Part shown: positions 24,594 to 34,200 of the stretch, piece by piece
Position numbering within the stretch: the stretch's first letter is position 1
How the letters are laid out: each line of letters begins with the position of its first letter
DNA from: Naegleria gruberi
Taxonomy: Eukaryota
Strand: one strand, 5' to 3'
Assembly: GCA_000004985.1 (NCBI GenBank)
Contig: GG738875.1
DNA: 64,000 nt
Notes under the pieces: generated by a model
Seen by the model: only the letters and a program-made list of their open reading frames with translations
What the model was told of the DNA's origin: nothing
Databases searched by the model: none
Program-made: the position numbers and the translations under genes

Positions 24594-25470
24594 TTGACCA
24601 AAAAGTTCTTTGAAAACAACACCAAAAAAATGTCATCACCAGAACCTATCCTCCACATCAAACCAAACCTTCTCCAAGAGAGCGAAGCCTTTTCCTCCAA
24701 ATTATATTCGCATCCAAACGAACGTGAATTATTTTCCTATTTTTCAATCATGAGGAAATGTGCACAGAAATCTCATCACCTGAATATTAAACAATTTGAT
24801 AGGGATTTAGTTAAAGAAGGACAATCAAAGTATCCACACGCTATGGAGGAGATTTTTGAGAGTGTTTGTGTTGGTAAGTTTCTGCATTGAAATAGTTTGG
24901 AATAGTTTGGAAGTGAATGAATTATTGGAAAGTGTTCCTTGTATTGGAAAGAAGTATCCGAGTGTTTTGGATGAAAGTGTGGACGAGAGAAGAGCTGAAT
25001 TTCTTCAGGATTTGAAATCTTGTGCAGAGTTTAAAACAGCTGCCGATAACAAGTTTAAATTAGTTTCGAATGATGAAGTTTTAACAAGAAATAATCATCT
25101 CGTGCAGAAATATGATCAAATGCTGGAACAAAACGGATCCATTACAAGATTTCCAACACTATACAGTCATTTACAACATTCTTCCACTACTGTAGATCAC
25201 TCAACAACAGTTGATCAACTTGTGAAAAAGCTCAACATTGAAGAACCAGTGAAGGAAGTTGCTAAGGATTTGCATTCATCAAGTCCTAACATGGTTTCTC
25301 TCATCTACAATTTATCAACTGCATTCTGTAGAGAACAAATCTTGGATTGTATCAAGAGAAGTTCTGCAAAATCATTGGATCAGGCATCATTTGTCAATTT
25401 GAGTACTTGCTTGGGAGGATCCTGCACTGCAAAAGTATTGGAATATTTGAGTGAAAAATCTCGTGAGTAA
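24594..25470 (+). CDS. hypothetical protein; two exons, approximately 24594..24873 and 24914..25470
   Basis: The first ORF ends at GTT G|gtaagt. A roughly 40-nt intron contains the aatagtttgg repeat. The second ORF continues in phase. No known domain. Confidence 0.35.
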
Positions 25471-25534
25471 ATCTCTAATTGAGCATTTAATTGGATTCAT
25501 GTCGAATTTATTGAACTGTCGGAAATGTTTCGAA

Positions 25535-25999
25535 TTATTTTACTACATCCGCTACTTCATAACTTGATATGTAACTCTCTTGAACTTTCCTTCTTGCCAT
25601 TTTGCAATAATCATTTGCTTGTTCCAATTTATAATAATTTTCACAATATTTACTTCCACTTTCATTTCTTTGTAATTTGTAATTTTCTAATTGAGTTGGA
25701 AATTGTTCAAAATCAATCTTGACAACAGACATGGCTTTTCCCATGATAGAAGATAGTTTTAATTGGAATATCTTATAGTAATTGACAAATAATTGATTAT
25801 TACTTTTCATTTCCTGATAGAGAGGTTTTGAAATTAGAAATAATTTTGGTATTTCATAAAGTGGAAGAAATGACATGGTGTGAACTTGTATTTCTATTGG
25901 AATTTGTTTTGGAAAGTTTGCTAGTGTTGGTGGCAGTTTGTCACTGATAATTGTTTGCTCTGGTGAGCGAGTTGGTTCCTTCTTATTTGTATTTCCCAT
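25535..25999 (-). CDS. small F-box-like protein with an N-terminal Met-Gly (possible N-myristoylation); paralog of 36592..37062
   Basis: It starts MGNTNKK. IPIEIQVHTMSFLPLYEIPKLFLISKPLYQ fits the F-box consensus LPxEI...I..L...EL..L..VSK.W. It shows clear similarity to the 36592..37062 product. Confidence 0.5.
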   Translation of the reverse strand: MGNTNKKEPTRSPEQTIISDKLPPTLANFPKQIPIEIQVHTMSFLPLYEIPKLFLISKPLYQEMKSNNQLFVNYYKIFQLKLSSIMGKAMSVVKIDFEQFPTQLENYKLQRNESGSKYCENYYKLEQANDYCKMARRKVQESYISSYEVADVVK

Positions 26000-26371
26000 T
26001 TTTTTTAGTTATTTTTATTCGAAATGTCATATCGGTTCGGCAGGCCTGAGAACTTGAGATGAAATAGGTAACTTTGCTAATATTTACACAGCCATTAACT
26101 CTCTTTCCTTTGGGAGTTCTTTCTAGCAACAGATAACTGAAACAATGCCAACCACAATAACCGGAGTCTCAGTATATGTGGTGAGTGGTTGTCTTCTCAA
26201 TTAAAACCAACGATGAAACTGAACTGGAATAGTTCCCAATTATGCTTGAATTTGAATAAACAATGGACCAATTTCAGATTTCTTTCTTCGAGTAATTATT
26301 TTGGAGTGTTTTTCCACTCTTTACTTGAAAATAAATAGTTACCATTCCATCGCATTGTAACATTAAAAAAA

Positions 26372-27502
26372 ATGTCTCAACAACCAGAAATGAATCACAC
26401 AACTTGGTTTGATCAAGATTTGCTGTTGGCCAATGTGTTTCTCTATTTACATCCGTATGAATTATTTAATAATTCTATTAAATCATCTACATGTAGAAAT
26501 GTTTGCCGATCATGGAACGGTTTAATTTGTGGTGAAGAATTTTGTAAATTTTATTTTGAAAACTCGTTTTGTTGTTATTCGTCCGAACCTTTTATTAATA
26601 AGTTAAATTGTAATCAATTGTTTGATACTTTAGATGGTGCACAATTTAATTGTTTTATGGATGAGGATGATGATGATGAAGAGAGAGAATTAGTTGACCT
26701 TGGGGATGATGATGAGGATGAGGATGATATTCAAGAGGAGTTTAAGCCTATTAATAATTTAACAGTTCAAGAATCTATTAAACAATTTGAACATGAGGCA
26801 ATTACTAAAATTGGATATGAATTCAATAATTTAAATTGGAAAAATAATTTCTACAAACGATTTCTAACACTAATTGCATATTTAAAAGATATTGATTCTG
26901 CAATTTGGGGTGTAACTGAATCGTTATTAAAACCATTAGATGATTCAAAAGTATTTAAATTAAATAATTTATTGAAAAAGTGGAAATTATCAAAATTATT
27001 ATCCAGTAATATATTTGAAATCAATGAAAAGACAATATTATTTTTTAATGATGATGGAATACCATATGTATTAAGATCCATTCGTAAAAGATTAATTCTT
27101 GACAATACTGAGATTATGAAAAATATTAAATTTGGATTTGACAAGGAAAGGATCACTAAAGTCCTTCCACAACTTGACAATCAACAAGACCAACAAGTGT
27201 TGTGTGATGTAATGTGTGGATTATTTCCAAGCTTAGTAGAACAAAAGAAGAAACTGCTAATTAAAAGGCCACCATCAGCATATATTATATTTGTAAAGAG
27301 AGCAAGAGAAAAAATTACACAAGAAAATCCTACAATGACTGTTATGGAAATTTCTAAAAAAATGGCATACATTTGGAAAGATATGAATGGTGATGACAAG
27401 CAATTTTATGTAGAACAAGCAATTCAAGAAAAATTGAAATATCAAAAACAAAAAGAAGAATTCGTATATTGTATTAGTGGATTAGATGAAAATGTTAATT
27501 AA
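26372..27502 (+). CDS. F-box / HMG-box fusion protein
   Basis: The N-terminus has an F-box-like WFDQDLLLANVFLYLHPYELFNNSIKSSTCRNVCRSW, followed by an acidic D/E tract. The C-terminus has an HMG box: KRPPSAYIIFVKRAREKITQENPTMTVMEISKKMAYIWKDMNGDDKQFYVEQAIQEKLKYQKQKEEF. Confidence 0.6.
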   Translation: MSQQPEMNHTTWFDQDLLLANVFLYLHPYELFNNSIKSSTCRNVCRSWNGLICGEEFCKFYFENSFCCYSSEPFINKLNCNQLFDTLDGAQFNCFMDEDDDDEERELVDLGDDDEDEDDIQEEFKPINNLTVQESIKQFEHEAITKIGYEFNNLNWKNNFYKRFLTLIAYLKDIDSAIWGVTESLLKPLDDSKVFKLNNLLKKWKLSKLLSSNIFEINEKTILFFNDDGIPYVLRSIRKRLILDNTEIMKNIKFGFDKERITKVLPQLDNQQDQQVLCDVMCGLFPSLVEQKKKLLIKRPPSAYIIFVKRAREKITQENPTMTVMEISKKMAYIWKDMNGDDKQFYVEQAIQEKLKYQKQKEEFVYCISGLDENVN

Positions 27503-27862
27503 CAAGAGGATGGCAAGAATTAACATTGAGGGATCAATAATTAATAAATGGATTTCATTCATCAACAGATTCTTTTGGAGTGGTTTTTAGAACTATTTAC
27601 GACTATTGTGATTGATTAGATTGTTCAATCAATTCTCAAACATTGATAAGGATTTTGTAATATTTCTAAATTGAAATTGCATATTTATGGTTGGGATGAT
27701 TATCTGTTAGAAGGATGGCTCTCTGATACAGTGGAATAGTTTTGAGTATTTGATTTTTTTTTTCTTGTTTTACATTGTACAATTTTGGCAAATGATTAAG
27801 GCTATTCCTATTCGTCTCACTACTTTTTCGTTATTTTTTATTCTTTCAATATTAGCTAAAGT

Positions 27863-28102
27863 TCAAATATTTTGATCTCCAAAACGAGAGGGTAATACCT
27901 TAACTCCAATTTTTGCAATCTTCTTACTCACATAATTTTCTCCTTCCTCAACAAGTAATCGTTCTCCATTGTAAATAACTTCATTGTAAGGAAGATAGGT
28001 AGCCCTACTCAAATAAAGTGAAATACTGTGTGCACTGTGAATGAAATGAGATCCCTTTTCAAAGACAATATAGAGTTGGACAAATAATTCGAATAGTTCC
28101 AT
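27863..28102 (-). CDS. small hypothetical protein (79 aa)
   Basis: ORF only. No recognisable motif. Confidence 0.2.
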   Translation of the reverse strand: MELFELFVQLYIVFEKGSHFIHSAHSISLYLSRATYLPYNEVIYNGERLLVEEGENYVSKKIAKIGVKVLPSRFGDQNI

Positions 28103-28199
28103 GACGAATGTTTGTGTTGGTGTTTCATCATGATCATGATCATTTCTATAAATTTAATTGGTAGATTGTTATATTCATGTACAATAAATATTGGAAACT

Positions 28200-28852
28200 T
28201 TACCTTTGATAGGCCTTAACTAAGAATACAAAGTGAACCAACACAATAATTACTGAATATAATACATAGGTAAAGTAAATTCCACCCTCAACCCAATTTA
28301 GCTTTGTATTGAGAGGTTTCTTCATTTTCAGAGAAACCAACTCTTTAATATATCGAGCTGTGAACAAGATGAGAAGAATGGCCATATAAGAATAGGAAAA
28401 TACTTTGAGAACAACTTGAAAATCAATCTCACTCTGAGGCATTCCCTCATAGGAGTGAACTGTTCTATTCGCTTGCATGTACGTAATTGTCACAACCTTA
28501 ATCAACAAGAATGGTCCATCATGGTCGGAGAATTTTCAAAGAGAATTAGAGTTAAATGGCAGATCACACTTACCTTCATCATTGTGTAGAGATACATATT
28601 TAATCGACGATTACCGAGTGAGTATTTGAAAATCTTGCCCAGAATATCCTTCACCTGTTGAAATCTATTTGTGTGATCATGTTGATCCGAAATGGGCAAA
28701 TCATGATATTCCAATGTATCTGTTGAACCACTTCTTTCCCTTTGCTGCCTTATTGAATGGTTCTCACCCTCTTCCAGAGGTACTTCCCCTCTCATGGAGG
28801 AGGCATTGAATGGTACATTCATTTGACTATGATAATATTCATGGGTCGTCAT
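28200..28852 (-). CDS. hypothetical membrane protein; two exons, approximately complement(28574..28852) and complement(28200..28496)
   Basis: Exon 1 ends ...LYTMMK|gtaagt. A 77-nt intron ends at gattaag. Exon 2 reads VVTITYMQANRT... with two hydrophobic helices. The ORF track shows the exons as two separate ORFs. Confidence 0.45.
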
Positions 28853-29016
28853 ATTTTTTAATATTTTGTTTATAAATTAGGTAGAATGTTAAAATTATGT
28901 TAATTTTCAATAGAAAGTGTTGGAGGATGAGTGTTTAATCCACATATTTTACCTTAATTCCCATTACTATAACATAATAATTAACATAATTGTGATCCGA
29001 GAGCTCGAGTGAAAAT

Positions 29017-30867
29017 TTAGAAACCACCTTGATTTCCAAAGACTTGTTGAATTTGAGTATTGTAGGAATTGATTGGTCCAATCCATTGTGGCTTGTTGAT
29101 GGTGAGCCAATCCCATATAATACCAGCTTCAATCTTATCAGCAAAATTAATACTAGTGTGGAAACCATCGAAAGCTTCAATCAACAAGTATGGTGGAATG
29201 TTATTCTTTGCACAATAGTCAAGCATCTTATCGAGTGGGAAATCCATGTAACCCAATTCAATATTTTGCAATTTGACAGTTTCAGAAACCTTTTTAGCAA
29301 CCATGGATAAATCTTGAGCTCTTTGTGAGGCAGCATTTCTACGAGTGGCATTGGATGTGAGCCATGTTGGACATGGATTAGCACCAGAGCAAGAAAGGAA
29401 GTTATAGAGACCTTCATAAGTACAACCCAATGGGTGAGTTCTGTTGTGCATTTGATTGAACAAGATTCTACCATCAACCAATCCCATCAATAATAATTTG
29501 CTGTTTGGTGGAGATCTCTTATCGAGAACATTCAAACCACTAATAAGTCTTTCATAATATTGATCTGTAGTGGTCATTTCACTCAATTCATCCTTACAGA
29601 CATCATTACCAATATAAGCCAAAAATCCAAGATATGGCAATGAATTTGGAGTCATGGAAAGTCCAGGAATTTGATCACTCAAAAAGTTTTCAATCTTACC
29701 ACCATTGTGGCCAACATTTTGATATTGTCTATGCATACACAAGTTACGTTGTCTCATTCTCAAATAGACAGAACCATCATCACCAATCAAGGAAGAATTC
29801 CAACCAGTTGACCAACACTTTTGTGGCCAATCAAATTCATCTTCCAAAACAAATCCTAAATCAGACATGTTATCAACATCCAACCATTCAGGTGGAACGT
29901 GGAAACCACTTGAAGCACTATCACCAAACATGATAACTTGTCTAGTAGTAACATTACAGTACAAACTTTCATAGGACTCGCCAGTCTTTGGTTCAGTTCC
30001 ATAAACTCCATTACAGTTCATATCTCTGTTATTTTGATTGTTATCATAGATACCTGGCTTGATTCCAGGATTCTTGTCATCACAATCCATACCTCTCCAA
30101 TCAGCATTTCTAAGCAACATGTGACTGCCAGGGAACAAGTCGTGATCATCATCACCAGCTGTTGGAACAACAGGTTGACCTCTCACATTCAAACCACCAG
30201 CTTTAGCAGGTGCCATCTTTTTCTTTAACAAGACCAAAGAAACAATCCAAGCTCTCAAAAGGGCAACAACTTGTGCCTTCTTTTCCTTTTGTAATTGAGC
30301 AGCATCCTTGTTATTTTCCTTTTGAGCTAACTTTTCAAATTTGGCAGTGACCATATCCTTGACAAGTTGATTCATCATTTCCTTGTTCTTTGTAAGTGCT
30401 GGAAGTTGGAGAGCATTCAATTGTGCCAAAACTTCACCCAATTCTCTCTTTGCATTTTCAGCATATTCAACACTGTATTTTCCAGTGAGTGTGCTATTAT
30501 CCAATCTACATCCATTACAACTGGCAAATTTCATAGCGACACAAATTTCAGTTGCAGGATAATCCTTCAACAACATATTTACAATCACATCAAGAGCTCC
30601 CTTGACCAACAAGTCACAAACCAACTTGTATTTCGAATAGTGTTCAGGAATGGCATCACAAATCTTTTCAGCAAACAAGTCGAGTCTTGGATTTTCCTTA
30701 TGGATTTCATTTTCAACCATTGTCAACAAGACATTGCAAATGGTACAATCAAAATTGTTTGCCCTCAGTTTATCAGCAGCTTCCGAACTGATTTTAACAT
30801 TTCCAAAACCTGCAACTTGATGATATGAAATGACAAGAATCATCATGATCATTGCCAAAATACACAT
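29017..30867 (-). CDS. acyloxyacyl-hydrolase-like protein (saposin-B domain plus GDSL/SGNH lipase)
   Basis: A signal peptide is followed by a saposin-like Cys pattern (NFDCTICNVLLTMVEN...ICDAIP...KLVCDLLV...CVAMKFASCNGC). The C-terminal domain has the GDS(L) nucleophile block IMFGDSASSGFHVPPEW and later SGNH-type blocks. This architecture matches AOAH and does not match a metallophosphatase sphingomyelinase. Confidence 0.65.
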   Translation of the reverse strand: MCILAMIMMILVISYHQVAGFGNVKISSEAADKLRANNFDCTICNVLLTMVENEIHKENPRLDLFAEKICDAIPEHYSKYKLVCDLLVKGALDVIVNMLLKDYPATEICVAMKFASCNGCRLDNSTLTGKYSVEYAENAKRELGEVLAQLNALQLPALTKNKEMMNQLVKDMVTAKFEKLAQKENNKDAAQLQKEKKAQVVALLRAWIVSLVLLKKKMAPAKAGGLNVRGQPVVPTAGDDDHDLFPGSHMLLRNADWRGMDCDDKNPGIKPGIYDNNQNNRDMNCNGVYGTEPKTGESYESLYCNVTTRQVIMFGDSASSGFHVPPEWLDVDNMSDLGFVLEDEFDWPQKCWSTGWNSSLIGDDGSVYLRMRQRNLCMHRQYQNVGHNGGKIENFLSDQIPGLSMTPNSLPYLGFLAYIGNDVCKDELSEMTTTDQYYERLISGLNVLDKRSPPNSKLLLMGLVDGRILFNQMHNRTHPLGCTYEGLYNFLSCSGANPCPTWLTSNATRRNAASQRAQDLSMVAKKVSETVKLQNIELGYMDFPLDKMLDYCAKNNIPPYLLIEAFDGFHTSINFADKIEAGIIWDWLTINKPQWIGPINSYNTQIQQVFGNQGGF

Positions 30868-31200
30868 TCTTCCCCATCCTATAGTAGTAATGCATTTTCC
30901 ACAGTAACAATAATAATATCATCATGTTTAAATATTTCATCAAATGAAATTTCATAAAGATAACAAGAAATATAAAATCATTTTGTGTGGTTGGAAGAAT
31001 ATGAACCAAGCTGTTGAAAACACAATTACTTACTCGATGATGATGTTCGCTGTTGTTGTAGAGACATTTTTTTCAGCTTGGTGAAAGGCTTATCCACAAC
31101 AAGAATCGCCCTTTGTGATTCTTCAACAATCTATGAAGAGTTACAGTTTACTAGATTTTGAGATATATTGGAATAGATATTTATATTTTGCATCCATATT

Positions 31201-34200
31201 TTACATGACAAGGCAGTTCAATAATCCTTGCCTTTGAGGTGGCTGTGGTTGCGGATTGTTTGGTTGTGGTTGCTGTAGTTGTTGTGGTTGTGGAGGAATA
31301 ATGAGAGGCCTTATTCTGGCTGGCACTGGTTGAGGGTTTGGTTGCGGAATTAATTGAAGAGGTATTTGATTATTCACAGGAGGATTTACTTGTCTTGGAC
31401 GAATAATTTCAGGAGGAACATCAAAAGTAAGGCAAGAACCAGCTCTAAAATGTGCATAAGTTGCTTGTCCTGTTGCAAATCCTTTCAAACATAACCAACA
31501 AAAATGTTGTCCGCAATAACAACAAGCTAAAATAAGTGAACAAGTGAGCTCACTAATAAATAGATTCAAAAACTTACTCATATGATTGCATCCTTCACTC
31601 TTTTCAATTCGTTGGGAACAACTTGGGCATGGCTTTGTTTTGGTATTCATCCACTCTCTTGTTTTGTCCTCGTCTCCACATTTTTGTCCCTTGTGTGATT
31701 TCTTTTCACATTCCTTACAAAAACTCAAGTTACAGGTTTGGCAAATAATGTCTGAACCATCAATTCGACAAACAGATCCACAATTTTTTGGGCAATACTT
31801 GTATGATTCTGGATTTTCTAGCAAAAAGTCCTCTAATGCTTTTGTATATGTCTTCTCTTGTTTGGTTTCGAGGTACATCAATATTTCAGAAATGGATAAA
31901 TCCATTTCACAACATGAACAAACAAAGCTATTTGGATTTTGAATTTGAAAACGAAAACAATCTTTGCAAATCTCGTGGTTACATCCTATTGTTCTGAAAG
32001 GATTTGTCATTCTCTCAAAACAAATTGGGCAATCGTCATCAGTGTGTTCAACGTTATGGTTTTGTTCATAATTTTCCATCAATTCAGTCACATATTGTTG
32101 AATAGCATGTTGGTCCTTTTCGTTACCATCCACTATTAATTCCTTGGTTTTGACATTTAAAGAAATATCACAATTAGCAAACTGTGTTTTAAGCTCTTGG
32201 AATGGTTTTCCTGCATTTCCTGTTATGGATTTTAAATATTTGAGATGAATCGTTAAAGTTTTAGAGTGACCTTCCACAAGCTGCATGATTTCCTCTTTGG
32301 CGTTGTGTTTGTCATCAATCAATCCAAAAATTTCTATTGTTCTGGTCTTGGAGTTTATAGAAATAAATACTTGATTCCTGTTTTCAATTTGGTCAAGTTG
32401 CTTTCTTTTTCTAGAAGCGTATTGGATTGTTTGATGAGTGAGGTGTAATGATAATGGCTTCACAAGGGCAACAACATTCTTTTTGGCTTCATTAAAATCT
32501 TCCAGGTTAGCAGATTGAATCGAAATTTCAGTTTTGTAATTTTCTGCATTTTTGCGCGAAGTATTATATTTGATTTTTGCCTTACAGTTATCAATCAAGC
32601 ATTGTAATTCAAATTTCAAAAGTTCAGTTACTTCTGTTGGTACTGTAACTGAATCTCTGTGAATAGAATTGGCCCATAAAATTGCTCCCATAAATTTTGT
32701 GGAATTTAGAGCTTGTGCAGCGCTTTTAGCATCTTTTTGATCAGTAAAACAAACCAAAGCTTCTCCAAATTGTTTATACGTATCTATATTCAAAATGTCC
32801 AGAAATTCAAGACTCTGGAATGATTGAACTTTAGAAAGTAATACTCCTTGGATTAAATCATTCTCTACTACAACTGGACGTCTTAGAATAGAGACGAAAT
32901 GATAATCAATATGTCTATTATCCAGTAATACTTTAACAAATTTTGCATCGATATGGTCGTAAATATTGCGTATCTCAAGAGTGTCCTTGTTCTTCGTTTT
33001 TTTAATCTGGAATCTGAGTCCAGCTGGTCCTAATTGTGATGAAAATATTCTATCATGCGTAATATTATTAATAGTGGCAGAATTATTCCCATTTTTAAAA
33101 CCAATCAAGCAATATCCGTTATTTGGGCCTATATTCCATTTTAATCGAACCAACGCAGATTCATTACTACTTTTGGTGTTAAATAGAACAGGAGTTAATT
33201 TGTAAGTTTCTTTGAATTTGTGATAAACTGTAGTTGCAACAGAAAAGTTTGTAAATACTACGTAGCCACTAGCAAATGAATCATTAGGTAAAGAGGAATA
33301 AACACGTGCATCAAGTGTATGGTATGGTAGAAACAAGTTTCTTAAAGTATCGTCATCACAACCTAATGGTAGATTATCGACCTGAAGTTTAGTAAACTCG
33401 TTTGGGAATATTAATCCTTTCACTTTACAACCACTTGATACCATGATTCGTAATCCACTCGAATCATCATCCAATCCATTTTCAATTTCCAATTCTAAAA
33501 TTTGAGATAAAGCCCTCTTTTTTGCTATTTCTATTACTTCCTTAATTTGAGAAATAATGTTAAATCTTTCGCCTTGATCACAGTAGACCTTAATTGAAGA
33601 ATCTGTTGAATCAATTTCTATTACATGCCCTAACTGTCTTTCAACTTCTTCAATGAATTCTGTGTTTCTAAATTTTAAATCTTCACTAACTATTGAAGGT
33701 AATTTCACTCTGAGTTCTTCTTTAACTTTACTGACAATCATATTGGTTTCTAGTTGTGGATAAAAATGAAGTATTTCCTTCAAATCAATTGGTGTAATAT
33801 TCCTCATATAGAGCTTGTCAGTTCTAACTAGATCTGAAAATAGTATGAAAGGTTTAGGATCTCCCAAAAATTGATGAGATGAGTTATGTATAAATGCTCG
33901 TTGCTTTAGAGAGGGAATGTAATACACTTTTGTCATATTTGGCAAATATCCGTCAAAATAGGCAAGGTTTTGATATTGGCTTTCAATTATACTTTCTTTC
34001 AAAAGTTGTTCTTTTGAAATACATTCCTTTCTAATTATTCTTTTCTTTTTAAAGAAATTGATTTTGTTCTTAAAATCCTTCAAGTTCATTTCAGCATTCT
34101 TTAGGTATTGAACATTAATATTATTTTTTAAGGACCATTCCTCTTTGTTGGACTGTTGTGAATACTCTTGAAATATTTGTAACAGAGAAAACAAATCTCC

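Noticed and set aside
27863-28102. Possible ribosomal/Sm-like identity for the 79-aa ORF
   Set aside because: I could not match it convincingly to any family from memory, so it is left as hypothetical.
29017-30867. Acid sphingomyelinase call, based on the saposin-B domain
   Set aside because: The catalytic domain has a GDS(L) nucleophile block and SGNH features, not the metallophosphoesterase motifs (GDxHG, GNHE) of sphingomyelinase. The architecture matches acyloxyacyl hydrolase.
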